In this document: one piece after another, positions 38,754-48,658 of the stretch
Layout: each line of letters begins with the position of its first letter
Position numbering within the stretch: position 1 is the stretch's first letter
Assembly (NCBI GenBank): GCA_035559535.1
Contig: DATMBG010000051.1
Coordinates: forward strand, 248,001 to 312,000
DNA: 64,000 bases
Reading direction: 5' to 3'
DNA from: Candidatus Limnocylindrales bacterium
GTDB taxonomy: Bacteria > Moduliflexota > Moduliflexia > Moduliflexales > JAUQPW01
Position numbers and translations under genes: made by a program
Notes under the pieces: generated by a model
The model's database searches: none
The model's input: the letters and a program-made list of their open reading frames with translations, nothing else
What the model was told of the DNA's origin: nothing

Positions 38754-38937
38754 TGAATATTCAGTGATGAATAATGAGTGATTAGTCATGAGTAAGGGGT
38801 AGAGAATTCAGAACTCAGAATTACCGCCTAATCGCTTTTGACCATGACTCATGGGATTAGAACAGATTTAGAACTCGAAATCACTTCTAACTCCTGGCTT
38901 CTGACTTCTAACCTCACTCATAGCTCATCACCCAGGC

Positions 38938-40098
38938 TTATTTTCTCGCCCATATTTTCCATATAGGTTTTTTTCTTTGTTTTCTAATCAGACCCAAATT
39001 TAACCGAACCTCTTCGTAGTCTGGTTTTAGTTGAAGCGCCTTCTCATAAACCTCTCTGGCTTGATCCCACATCTGCCGCTCCTCATAAATAAGACCCATC
39101 ATATAATAAATAGATGGATTATTTGGCTCTATTTGTAAAGCTTCTTTACATTTTGCAATGGCATCCCTTGGCCTTTGGCTGTCTAAAAGATCACAGGCTT
39201 CATCCAGCAAGGAACTTACTTTAGAGTTTATTGCCGGTTCAGGTTTTAAACGCTGCCTGGAGGACCCTACTTCCCTAGATTCCGGATTAAGAGATTCCGA
39301 AACCTCTGCTTTAATCTCTTCCCCAGGACCCTCAGAAGCCAGGGTTGAAACCTGCTCGGTTTCTGCTTTTGGTTCCTTTTGAATCATAGGAGAAGGAGAT
39401 ATAGAAGAAGAGGAAGGCACTTCTAAGATTTCTTTCTGAATAGGGGGGTTTTCTAAAGTCGGTCTGGATTGACTTTTTTTCCCCTTTAAAGCCAAAGCCA
39501 GGTAATTCTTTGCCTTTTCATCATAAGGAGTCAGGGTCAGAACCTTCTCTAAAATAGGAATAGCTGCTTCAAAATTTTTCTGTTGCAGATAGAGAACACT
39601 TAAATTTTTCTGGGATTGCAGGTCATCTGGATTAATCTCTACGGCCTTTTCAAGAGCTTTTAAAGCTTCCGACCACATCTTTTTTTGACCATAGATAACC
39701 CCCAGATTACGATATCCGTCCAGATGGCGAGGGTTTAATTCAACCACCCTCTGAAAACTTTTCAGGGCTTCATCAAACATCCTTTTTTTCAAAAAATCCA
39801 TTCCCTGCTGAGCGGCCTTATCTGCTTCCTGGACCGCCATCTCAGAAGCTACTTTTGCTAAAGGGGACTCCAAAGCTTCCTCTGATATGGGTGGAGAGGC
39901 AGATTCTTTTTTAACGGCCCTTTCTGAGAAAGATGTCGAAACTTCCTCCCATCCCGACGGAGGAGTGGAAGTAGAATCTTCTTTCTTAATAAAGAAAATA
40001 TTCTGACAGCGGGGACATTTAATATTAGCCCCCTGGGGAGGTATTTTGGCGGCATCTACATTCCCTTGGGCCCCACAATGGCTGCACTGAACTCTCAT
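38938..40098 (-). CDS. MJ0042-type zinc-ribbon plus TPR-repeat protein
   Basis: CSHC...CPRC N-terminus; several TPR repeats separated by Pro/Ser/Glu-rich linkers. Confidence 0.8.
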   Translation of the reverse strand: MRVQCSHCGAQGNVDAAKIPPQGANIKCPRCQNIFFIKKEDSTSTPPSGWEEVSTSFSERAVKKESASPPISEEALESPLAKVASEMAVQEADKAAQQGMDFLKKRMFDEALKSFQRVVELNPRHLDGYRNLGVIYGQKKMWSEALKALEKAVEINPDDLQSQKNLSVLYLQQKNFEAAIPILEKVLTLTPYDEKAKNYLALALKGKKSQSRPTLENPPIQKEILEVPSSSSISPSPMIQKEPKAETEQVSTLASEGPGEEIKAEVSESLNPESREVGSSRQRLKPEPAINSKVSSLLDEACDLLDSQRPRDAIAKCKEALQIEPNNPSIYYMMGLIYEERQMWDQAREVYEKALQLKPDYEEVRLNLGLIRKQRKKPIWKIWARK

Positions 40099-40529
40099 GA
40101 TTTTCCTCCTTTGGGGAGGTTAAATCCAGGTACCTGGACCTCTCAATCTGTTTTTACCCGTTTACCCATGGAGATTCCTTTACCGTACCAGTTCTCTCAG
40201 AAGAAATTTGCCTGATCCTTATAAGGAATATATCGTTTACTATGGATTATAATACCCCAGGAGATTTGTCAAGTTTAAAAAGCAACCCATTCAGGAGTCA
40301 GAATTCAAAACCAGGAGCCAGAAGCTAAAAGTCAGAAGGAAAAGAATTCTTAAGTTTGATTCCTGAATTCTGATTCCCGGATTTTGACTCCCGACTCCTG
40401 AGGAATAAGAAGAGAAAAGTTATTGACTTTCCCTAAGGTAAGGTATAACGTTACACAAAGTTTTAAATCCCTGATTCAGAGTTCCAAACTGGAAAAATTT
40501 GGAATTTTGAAATCCGGGATTTTGCCTGC

Positions 40530-41177
40530 ATGATGCCATCCTCCTTATATCTCAAGCAAATAGAGTTGGGACCCATGGAAAATTTCGTTTATCTCATAGG
40601 GGATCCTGAAACCCGAGAAGCAGCTGTGGTAGATCCGGCCTGGGACGTAGATACAATTCTGAAAATTGCCCAACAGGATGAAATGAATATTACTAAAATC
40701 TTCATCACCCATCATCATCCAGATCATACTAACGGGATCGAAGAACTCTTAAACCATGTTCAGGCAAAAGTTTATATACAAAAAGCAGAAGCCGAGTTCA
40801 TGAAGCGAATCTGGTCGGATACCGTCAAAGTAGAAAGTGGAGACGTTATCCGGGTTGGGAACATCCCGGTCACCTTTCTTCACACCCCAGGGCATACCCC
40901 GGGTTCCCAATGTTTTCTTTTAGATAATAAACTCATTTCAGGAGATACTCTATTTATAGGATTTTGTGGACGTTGTGATCTGCCGGGTGGAAATCCTGAA
41001 CAGATGTATGATAGCCTGTACAACCGGTTAGGGAAACTGGATGGCCGAACCCTCCTCTACCCGGGACATAATTACGGAAAAACACCGGTTTCGACCTTGG
41101 AGGAGGAAAGAAAACAGAATCCTTATCTGCAATTCCAGTCTTTAGAAGACTTTGTGAAATTTAGAATGAGGAGATAA
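40530..41177 (+). CDS. MBL-fold metallo-hydrolase (glyoxalase II-like)
   Basis: THHHPDH, HTPGHTPGS, SGDTLF, GRCD, YPGHNY. Confidence 0.88.
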   Translation: MMPSSLYLKQIELGPMENFVYLIGDPETREAAVVDPAWDVDTILKIAQQDEMNITKIFITHHHPDHTNGIEELLNHVQAKVYIQKAEAEFMKRIWSDTVKVESGDVIRVGNIPVTFLHTPGHTPGSQCFLLDNKLISGDTLFIGFCGRCDLPGGNPEQMYDSLYNRLGKLDGRTLLYPGHNYGKTPVSTLEEERKQNPYLQFQSLEDFVKFRMRR

Positions 41178-41179
41178 AT

Positions 41180-42364
41180 ATGGGCATTGCAAATCAAGTA
41201 GCCATTATTGGAACCGGCCTGTGCAAGTTTGGAGAGAACTTCGAGATGGGGTATACCGATATGCTGGTAGAAGCCTGTCTTGAAGCTTTCCAGGACGCCG
41301 GAATTGAACCCAAACAGATTCAGGCAGCCTGGTTAGGGACTTACCTTCCTTTTTCTTGGGGATTTGAAGGAGTTGCTGGAACTGCGGTTGCCGAACCCCT
41401 TAACCTGTATCCCATCCCCGTTGTTCGAGTTTCCAACTATTGCTGTACAGGTATGGAAGCCGTACGAAATGCCGCCTTAGCCGTTGCAGCGGGTGAATAT
41501 GATTTGGTTCTGGCTGTAGGGGTCGAAAAGATGCGCGAAGTTCCACCCCGAGGAAGCCTGGTTGCCCAGCATGTAGAACGCGGACATCCCCTGTACGCCA
41601 AGGGGCGTACGGCACCTGGAATGTTTGCCCTGCTGGCCACCCGGTACTTGGAAGAGTATGGGATTGGAGAAGAGTATCTGGCTAAGGTGGCCGTAAAAAA
41701 TCACTATCACGGTAGCTTAAATCCCAAGGCCCATTTTCAAAAGGAGATTACCGAGGATATGGTACGAAAAGCCCCTCGGATAGCCGAGCCTTTGGGACTT
41801 CTGGATTGTTGTCCTACAACCGACGGAGCTGCCGCTGTTATTTTAACCCGTATTGATTTAGCTCCTCAATTTACCAGGGATTATGTGGTGATTCAGGGTG
41901 TTGGAACCGCCGTAACAGGCGGCTACTATACCGCCCAATTCGACCCTACCTTTTCTTTTACTGGCTTTCGATCGACCCGGGAAGCTGCGGCTATTGCTTA
42001 CAAACAGGCTGGCATCCAAAATCCGATGCGGGAAATCGATGTGGTTCAATGTCACGATTGTTTCACCATTACCGAAATCATCAATTATGAAGACCTGGGT
42101 TTCTGTGAAAAGGGTAAAGGCTGGCAGCTTATTCGAGACGGGGTTACCCGACTGGATGGGGAACTCCCGGTCAACACCGATGGTGGCTTAAAGGCTTGCG
42201 GTCACCCGGTAGGCGCTTCGGGAGTCCGTATGATTGCCCACATCTGCGACCAACTACGAGGTCGAGCCGGGAAAATGCAGGTGAAAAACGCCCGCCGAGG
42301 TCTGGCTCACACCTTGGGGGGACCTGGGTCTATCTCTACGGTATTCGTGCTAGGACGGGATTAA
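41180..42364 (+). CDS. Thiolase family protein (SCP2/archaeal-type acetyl-CoA acetyltransferase-like)
   Basis: NYCCTG, GVEKM, TDGAAA, HDCF, GHPVGASG, HTLGG. Confidence 0.85.
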   Translation: MGIANQVAIIGTGLCKFGENFEMGYTDMLVEACLEAFQDAGIEPKQIQAAWLGTYLPFSWGFEGVAGTAVAEPLNLYPIPVVRVSNYCCTGMEAVRNAALAVAAGEYDLVLAVGVEKMREVPPRGSLVAQHVERGHPLYAKGRTAPGMFALLATRYLEEYGIGEEYLAKVAVKNHYHGSLNPKAHFQKEITEDMVRKAPRIAEPLGLLDCCPTTDGAAAVILTRIDLAPQFTRDYVVIQGVGTAVTGGYYTAQFDPTFSFTGFRSTREAAAIAYKQAGIQNPMREIDVVQCHDCFTITEIINYEDLGFCEKGKGWQLIRDGVTRLDGELPVNTDGGLKACGHPVGASGVRMIAHICDQLRGRAGKMQVKNARRGLAHTLGGPGSISTVFVLGRD

Positions 42365-42472
42365 GTCTCATCTTAAACCTCACCCTTTTCACACGGGTAA
42401 ATCCAGGGTTCAGTTCAGACCGGTCTATGGCAAAGTAAAACAGGTACCGGCTGTTAGAAACGATGAGGCTTA
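42362..42472. repeat. 111-bp TA-bounded inverted-repeat element (possible MITE or terminator)
   Basis: taagtctcatc ... gatgaggctta; the left TA is part of the thiolase stop codon. Confidence 0.4.
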
Positions 42473-42516
42473 CGTTTCCTTTTACCTTTCCCTGTTAAGA
42501 AAAGTTAAAGAGTCCA

Positions 42517-42963
42517 TCATTCTTGTTCGGGGAAAAAATTATCATCTAATATTTGTTCGAAAGAAAAGGGGCACTTTATTGGAAAGTGCCTCAGGTCAAT
42601 ACCTGTCTCATCTTCAGCTTTCAACTTAGCTTTTTGATAAGCTATCTCGATTCCCTGCTCAAGTTCCTGACGAAGGCTAGGACTTTCGTTCAGCAATTCC
42701 TGTATATCCAGGCGTTGAGTAATTATAGTATTTTTCCCACTTTTTGAACGTCTTACGGGTTGGAATTGCCACTTTAAAAGATAAACGAGTAAAAGGGTCA
42801 ACCGGTTCATTAACTCTTGCTTTTCACTTCTACCCATAGCCTCCAGTTCCTCTGCTACGTTTTCCGTATCAACTTCTGAAAATTTTCCTTGACGAATTAA
42901 TTCTGCATTTTTCATCAACCAGGCATAAAAGTCTTTCTCATAATCCTTAACAATTTTTTCCAT
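42517..42963 (-). CDS. DUF29 family protein
   Basis: YEKDFYAW, NVAEELEAMGRSE, LLKWQFQP, SPSL, FPIKCPFSFEQILDDNFFP. Confidence 0.88.
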   Translation of the reverse strand: MEKIVKDYEKDFYAWLMKNAELIRQGKFSEVDTENVAEELEAMGRSEKQELMNRLTLLLVYLLKWQFQPVRRSKSGKNTIITQRLDIQELLNESPSLRQELEQGIEIAYQKAKLKAEDETGIDLRHFPIKCPFSFEQILDDNFFPEQE

Positions 42964-43032
42964 AACTCCCTCTCACACTCCCATACTCCCACACTCCCAT
43001 ACCCCTCACACTTTCATGCTTTTCGTAGCCCT

Positions 43033-44667
43033 TCATTGAGAAGCCCTGGTCTGCTCCAGAAGTTGTACAATACTTACATCCCCGGGATCCAGAATGAGGG
43101 CGTTTTTCCATTCCTTGACAGCCTGCTCTAGATTCCCTAACTTGAAGTAGGCAATACCTATGTTTTTATGGATGGCCGGGTTGAAGGGGTTGATCTGGTT
43201 AGATTCCCAGTAATTTTGTATGGCCCGGGTATAATCCCCCTGAGCCAGATAAATATCTCCCAGGTTGGTATAGGTCGTGACATAGTTCGGATTACTGGCC
43301 ACGGCCTTTTCAAGTTGTTCTTTAGCCTTATACAGATCTCCAAGCTCCATATAGGCTAGAGCCAGCTTGTTGAGAATAAAAGGTGAGTTGGGAGCATTCC
43401 GTAACGCCCTTTGATATTCCAGAACTGCGGCCTGTCTCCGCCCGATTCTACGAAAATCATCTCCGCGTTTGACCTGCTCACGGGCCTGGAAAGATTGAAT
43501 TTCCTCGAATAACGCTTCCTCCTCGGGATTGGGACCTTTGAGTTTAAAATTCTCCCCTTCCAGCCCAGGGGTTTTCTTTAAATTTTTACCTTTGAGAAAT
43601 TCTTTCCACCCCTTTTCAAAATCTCCATAGCTCTTTCCCAGGGCTTCGCTTACGGCAACGGAAGCCGGAACACCTTTTTTGAGGATATTCATGATTTTGG
43701 GGAGGATTCCGGAGCCACCGGTCGTGGTAATATATTCCACCGCAGAAGCGACTTCCACAAAGGCCAATTGAACCTCTTCCTGACTATTCAATTTCACCAG
43801 AGAAGGCTCCATTTGTTGAAAGCCGATCAGGGTATTGGTATCCAAAGCCCTGGCCAGAAGATCTTCTGAAAAAGGAGTCAGATAATCCCCTCTAATATCT
43901 TTCCAGAGTTTTTCATGATACTTGGCGGTTCCCTCGTGTAGCCAGATGGGAGTGTTATTGTTGCTGGTCCGTACGATGACATAGTGGACATATTCATGGG
44001 TTAAGGTATCCATCCACCGATATCCCCGGAGTAAGGTCCAGGGGGATGCCATTACAATTTTGTTGAATTTAGTAATAGCAATAGCACCCGAGACTTCAAT
44101 GTCTCTTTTGGAAAGGCTGGAAGCTGCATTGAAACTATCTGCATCGGGATAAATTTCCACCAAAATTTTTTCCTCAGGAAAGTATTGAAATTCTTTCCCG
44201 ATCTTTTCATAGGCTTTTTCTAAAGTATCCAGGGCATAATCTACCAAAATCCGATCTATTTTAGGATCCAATCGTAGAATAAAATGGGCACTTTCGTATT
44301 GGGTAAAAGATCGGGTGAGTTCCTCTAGAGTTTTAACAAAACTCTGAAATCCCTGGATTTGTTGATCATGGGGGGTTTTTGTATTGACTTGCTCCAAGAT
44401 CTCTAAAGACTTTGCATAATTTCCTTGAAGGAAGTAAATTTTAGCCAGGAGCGCAAGAAGTTGAGGGTTTTGAGGATCTTTTTCAAGAGCCTGGGAAATC
44501 TGCTTGTAGGCAGGAGTTACATTCCAACTCCTTAAATTCTCCTCGGCAGTCTCAATCACTTTTGACCAATCCTCTGCCTGAAGGGAGCTGGATGAGAAAT
44601 TGATTAGGCACAGAGCAAAGCTCAATAAAATTATAAGGTGTATGCTAGGGGTATTCCATGATTTCAT
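43033..44667 (-). CDS. Exported TPR plus peptidase MA-like (HExxH) protein
   Basis: Signal peptide, TPR repeats, LTHEYVH...PIWLHEGTA zincin motif. Confidence 0.8.
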   Translation of the reverse strand: MKSWNTPSIHLIILLSFALCLINFSSSSLQAEDWSKVIETAEENLRSWNVTPAYKQISQALEKDPQNPQLLALLAKIYFLQGNYAKSLEILEQVNTKTPHDQQIQGFQSFVKTLEELTRSFTQYESAHFILRLDPKIDRILVDYALDTLEKAYEKIGKEFQYFPEEKILVEIYPDADSFNAASSLSKRDIEVSGAIAITKFNKIVMASPWTLLRGYRWMDTLTHEYVHYVIVRTSNNNTPIWLHEGTAKYHEKLWKDIRGDYLTPFSEDLLARALDTNTLIGFQQMEPSLVKLNSQEEVQLAFVEVASAVEYITTTGGSGILPKIMNILKKGVPASVAVSEALGKSYGDFEKGWKEFLKGKNLKKTPGLEGENFKLKGPNPEEEALFEEIQSFQAREQVKRGDDFRRIGRRQAAVLEYQRALRNAPNSPFILNKLALAYMELGDLYKAKEQLEKAVASNPNYVTTYTNLGDIYLAQGDYTRAIQNYWESNQINPFNPAIHKNIGIAYFKLGNLEQAVKEWKNALILDPGDVSIVQLLEQTRASQ

Positions 44668-44757
44668 GTATTAAAGTCCTTTCTTAGGTCAGATAGATAT
44701 TGTTTTTCTTAATAAAATGCCATATTCTCTCCAGACGGTCAACTTAAAAATTTGCCT

Positions 44758-45804
44758 ATGTATTTAACCGAATTCGATTTTGATCTTCCTCCAGAACTTA
44801 TTGCTCAATATCCGACCGAGTCTCGGGAACAGTCCCGTTTAATGGTGGTTAACCGAACTACGGGGGAAATCCGCCACACAAAATTCCATCATCTTTCTGA
44901 ATATTTAACTCCTCCAGACGTTTTGGTTCTCAATGACACCAAGGTCATCCCGGCCCGGCTTAAAGGTCGAAAACGTTCTACGGGAGGTAAAGTAGAAGTG
45001 CTGCTCCTGAGGCCTCTGGAAAGGGAGACTTCTGAAACTTATACCTGGGAAGCTCTCATCCGGGGCCATATTCGGATCGGAGAAATACTTGTCTTTGGAG
45101 ATCATCAACTTATAGGCGTTGTAAAAGAGAAGGATGCCACAGGTAAGGGTGTGGTAGAATTTCAGAATCCAGGAGATTTTAGAGCTTGCCTGGATAAGCT
45201 TGGAGAAATACCTCTTCCACCTTATATCAAAAGGCCCGAAGGGATCTCTGCTCTGGATCGGGAGCGTTATCAAACAGTTTATGCCAGGGAAGAGGGTTCT
45301 GTGGCGGCTCCTACGGCTGGTCTTCATTTTTCTGAGGGGTTGCTGAAAAAATTATTGGAAAAAGGCATAGAGATCGTCATGGTTACCCTCCATGTAGGAC
45401 CTGGAACTTTTCGACCTGTCCAAAACGAAGTTATCGAAGAACATAAAATCGATCCCGAATGGTATACCCTTTCCGAAGAAGCTGCCCATATTCTAACCCG
45501 GGCAAGGGAGGAAGGGCGACGTATTATAGCCGTTGGAACAACGACCACCCGTCTTCTGGAGTTTATTTATTTGAAACATGGAAGGCTGGTTCCGGGAAGT
45601 GGATGGGCAGACCTATTCATCTACCCGGGATTTAAATTCAATGTAATTCAGGCTCTCATAACGAATTTTCACTTGCCCCGATCTACCCTTTTAATGCTGG
45701 TCTATGCCTTTGGCGGACGAGAACTTATGCAAAGAGCTTATCAAGAAGCTATTCAGCATCGTTACCGATTTTATAGCTATGGGGACGCCATGTTGATTGT
45801 ATAA
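44758..45804 (+). CDS. queA: S-adenosylmethionine:tRNA ribosyltransferase-isomerase
   Basis: FDLPPELIAQYP, NDTKVIPAR, PLPPYI, AAPTAGLHF, TNFHLPRSTL, FYSYGDAM. Confidence 0.96.
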   Translation: MYLTEFDFDLPPELIAQYPTESREQSRLMVVNRTTGEIRHTKFHHLSEYLTPPDVLVLNDTKVIPARLKGRKRSTGGKVEVLLLRPLERETSETYTWEALIRGHIRIGEILVFGDHQLIGVVKEKDATGKGVVEFQNPGDFRACLDKLGEIPLPPYIKRPEGISALDRERYQTVYAREEGSVAAPTAGLHFSEGLLKKLLEKGIEIVMVTLHVGPGTFRPVQNEVIEEHKIDPEWYTLSEEAAHILTRAREEGRRIIAVGTTTTRLLEFIYLKHGRLVPGSGWADLFIYPGFKFNVIQALITNFHLPRSTLLMLVYAFGGRELMQRAYQEAIQHRYRFYSYGDAMLIV

Positions 45805-45850
45805 ATCCCAAGTCCAAAGGGCGGACGTAAAAAAAGAAGAGTTCTGGCTT

Positions 45851-46375
45851 TTAATATTTAAATTCGTTTAATTCCTTTTCGACCCGGTCCAGGTACTTAG
45901 TTTCTTCGGTGGAAGAGGAGGGATGAACAGGTAGGCTAGTGGAACTTTTCTTTCGTCTTACCCAGATGAGACTGATCAGAGCTATAACTCCTATTCCATT
46001 TAGAAGGATGAGATAAGGCAAATACCAGAGGGTTAAGAAAAAGCCTTTCTTGGGTGGTGCGGCAAGGATATTTTCTCCATAAACGTCTACAAAATATTGA
46101 ATAATCTGTTCTTTCGTTTCACCCTGGGCAATTTTTTGACGGATTAATTCTCGTAGCTGACCTCCTTCTCCGGAAGGACAGTCGATGAGCAATTGGCCCG
46201 GACAGGCAGGGCTCATAATTTCACGGGCGACCTCCTCCATGGTTAAAGCCCGAACGGGTTGGGCAGGAAAGAAAATCTGGAAGAGAAGAAACCCGGATAC
46301 CAGAAGGCTATAGGTTAAAAAATCCTTTTTTCCCCAAAAGGGATCCCTGAGGACTCGTAAAACAGATAAACTCAT
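45851..46375 (-). CDS. ccmH: Cytochrome c biogenesis CcmH/NrfF-like protein with a variant cysteine motif
   Basis: IMSPACPGQLLIDCPS, GETKEQIIQYFVDVYGENILAAPP, then a TM helix; ATGA overlap with the upstream nuclease gene. Confidence 0.65.
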   Translation of the reverse strand: MSLSVLRVLRDPFWGKKDFLTYSLLVSGFLLFQIFFPAQPVRALTMEEVAREIMSPACPGQLLIDCPSGEGGQLRELIRQKIAQGETKEQIIQYFVDVYGENILAAPPKKGFFLTLWYLPYLILLNGIGVIALISLIWVRRKKSSTSLPVHPSSSTEETKYLDRVEKELNEFKY

Positions 46376-47187
46376 GGGCATTCTCTAGCTTTTCTCCATC
46401 CGGCTATACGGGCTTCCCTTTCTGTCGAAAACCATCGCTCGCCGGACAGCGTATCAACGATAGTTTCTCCATACCTTAAACAGGAAGGGATAAAATATCG
46501 TTTCTCTCCAGATTGGGTAATGTCCCCCTTAATGGTCCGCTCCAGACCCCTTGAATTATAACAGGCTCCCCACAATCCCCTTTTATTTAATTTAGCTTCC
46601 CTCTCGGCTTCTTGCAAGAGTCTGGCATATTTCGGAAGATAACTTTTAGGATCATAGTATCTTCCATATCCTTGCCTGAGTAAATACTCATTAACAAATA
46701 TCCAATGTCTTCCTCTTTTTACAAAGACATAGCGGAGGAGTCGTCCGTATTTATCGTGGTCTTCCCGGTCTGATTCCAGAAAGACTTTTTGACCCTGGAC
46801 CCATTCTGCATTTTTTGTTTCGGCCTCAAAGCTATAACATTCCCACATCGGTTGCCAGTCTTTTCCATTAAACCGGTATATTTCCGGAGTATCCACTCCG
46901 ATATACCGAATTGTTTCCCCCCGATCGGTTTCTACTGTATCCCCATCTTTTACCTTTACAATGGTTGCGAATTCTCGACGAAAATTCCAGGGAACCGGGT
47001 TGGGTCTGAGAGTAACCTTCTCCGGCTCCGGAGGAGGATCTGGAAAGATATTTCCACTTCTCAGCTCTACGACCTCTTTGAATAGGATTTCGGCCTTGGG
47101 TTTTAGAAAATACCAGGATCTTAGAAGTAAAGCAAGGAGGAGAAAAACAGCGATATATCTGTTAAAATATTTTTTTAGAATTGACAA
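46372..47187 (-). CDS. Thermonuclease (SNase) family protein with C-terminal IKG...GERWF domain
   Basis: DGDT, IRYIGVDTPE, DKYGRLLRYV, EAKLNKRGLW; N-terminal TM anchor. Confidence 0.85.
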   Translation of the reverse strand: MSILKKYFNRYIAVFLLLALLLRSWYFLKPKAEILFKEVVELRSGNIFPDPPPEPEKVTLRPNPVPWNFRREFATIVKVKDGDTVETDRGETIRYIGVDTPEIYRFNGKDWQPMWECYSFEAETKNAEWVQGQKVFLESDREDHDKYGRLLRYVFVKRGRHWIFVNEYLLRQGYGRYYDPKSYLPKYARLLQEAEREAKLNKRGLWGACYNSRGLERTIKGDITQSGEKRYFIPSCLRYGETIVDTLSGERWFSTEREARIAGWRKARECP

Positions 47188-47235
47188 CGATTCTTAAACT
47201 AATCCTTAGCCAGTACCCCCTACGCCAGCAGGAAA

Positions 47236-47769
47236 TTAAAGATTCGCTTTTATTTCATCCAGAACTTTGCTGAAGCTCATATAGCTTCCTTTATCAAAGA
47301 GAGCTATGATCACCTTTTCAAGGGAGGTATCTCCTTTAAGGTGATCGCAAATAACTCCCAGCATGATGCGGGCGCATTCTTCTACTGGAAAACCTGCAAC
47401 TCCGGTTCCTATAGCCGGAAAAGCAATACTTTTCAGATTCCTTTCTTCGGCCCTAAGAAGACTATTTTTTGTACATTTAGCAAGGCTATCCCTACTGGGT
47501 TTGGCACCCTGTTCTGCGCCCACTGCATGAATAACATAAATAGAAGGAAGATTTCCCGCTGTGGTGACAATAGCCTCTCCCACCGGAGCCGGTCCTTGGG
47601 CGATAGCCTCTTCTTCGATAATTCGACCCCCTTTGGTCTTGATGGCACTGGCAACCCCGGATCCCATCCAAAGTTTATCATTAGCCGCGCTTACAATGGC
47701 ATCGACTTCCAATTCGGTTAAATCACCTTGAATAACAGAAAGGGTTGTATTACGGATCGTCAAACTCAT
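47236..47769 (-). CDS. Macro domain protein (second paralog)
   Basis: QGDLT, AIVSAAN, GSGVASAI, VIHAVG, SIAFPAIGTGVAGFP. Confidence 0.88.
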   Translation of the reverse strand: MSLTIRNTTLSVIQGDLTELEVDAIVSAANDKLWMGSGVASAIKTKGGRIIEEEAIAQGPAPVGEAIVTTAGNLPSIYVIHAVGAEQGAKPSRDSLAKCTKNSLLRAEERNLKSIAFPAIGTGVAGFPVEECARIMLGVICDHLKGDTSLEKVIIALFDKGSYMSFSKVLDEIKANL

Positions 47770-47887
47770 TATCTAGGTCTTTTAAAATTATTATAGGACG
47801 GAGAATGGCGAGCGCTCCAGAGAAAATAAAAGTAACGCTCCACATCCCACGCCTTGATTGGTTTTATTATGTTCTCTTATATCCGTG

Positions 47888-48379
47888 TTAAAATCCTAAT
47901 TTAGATAAAAGTTTATTCAGAATTCTGGCTCCTTTCAAACGATTAAGTTGAGCTACTTCCTGTTCTTTAAAGTTTTCTTTAACCTTAAAAATTAACGGAA
48001 GTATTTTGAGTTTAGCTTCCTCTAGAGATTCCTTGTAGTCATTGAGAACCCGACTGATGGCGGATAATTGAGTTTGACCCGCCCAGATTCCTTTACAGGT
48101 TTTACAATGATGTAACTGAATTCCCGAAGAGTAGGCATAGATAAACCTTGTTAAATTAATCTGGCATTGGGGGCACAAGAGAAATTCACTCGCTTGGTTG
48201 CCAGTTCCCGGTTCAGGAGATATATGTGGGTCACCAAGTCCATCGAATCCGAGATTTTTAACCTGTCCAAATCGAGATTCTGGAAACCAGAAAGCTTTAC
48301 AGGGAGAGCACTTATAAAGCAAAATATCCTGATAAAAGTACTCTTCTAAAGAAAGATGACACCTAGGACAAAGATACAC
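47888..48379 (-). CDS. Double zf-TFIIB-type zinc-ribbon protein
   Basis: CPRC..CSPC..W and CPQC..CKTCKGIW. Confidence 0.72.
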   Translation of the reverse strand: MYLCPRCHLSLEEYFYQDILLYKCSPCKAFWFPESRFGQVKNLGFDGLGDPHISPEPGTGNQASEFLLCPQCQINLTRFIYAYSSGIQLHHCKTCKGIWAGQTQLSAISRVLNDYKESLEEAKLKILPLIFKVKENFKEQEVAQLNRLKGARILNKLLSKLGF

Positions 48380-48513
48380 CCGTTAGTCTTTTATGGATCC
48401 TACATAAATCCTACGGATTTAACCCTACATCCGCCTGTTGTGTAGGCCCCATTTTATAACCTGAGAACAGCCGTTTACCCGAAGATAATCCATACGAAAA
48501 TACGATGAGCACC

Positions 48514-48542
48514 AACATATCCCAAAGGGAATTTTTTGTCAA
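48514..48542 (-). promoter_or_regulatory. Sigma70-type promoter upstream of the zinc-ribbon gene
   Basis: TTGACA-17 nt-TATGTT. Confidence 0.5.
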
Positions 48543-48551
48543 GTGTTGTAT

Positions 48552-48593
48552 AAAAACAAAGAAAGGGATAATCCTCTACCCGATTATCCCTTT
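48552..48593 (-). terminator. Intrinsic terminator of the SOD gene
   Basis: 12-bp perfect stem aaagggataatc/gattatcccttt followed by a U-rich tract on the minus strand. Confidence 0.65.
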
Positions 48594-48658
48594 TCCACCC
48601 ATAAGCGATCTTTTAAAAAGCTCAATTCCTTCGATCTGATATAACGGAATGGGTTTCC

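Noticed and set aside
10503-47769. Two macrodomain paralogs as a dedicated ADP-ribosylation system
   Set aside because: They are 36 kb apart with no ADP-ribosyltransferase or sirtuin neighbour; multiple macrodomains per genome are common.
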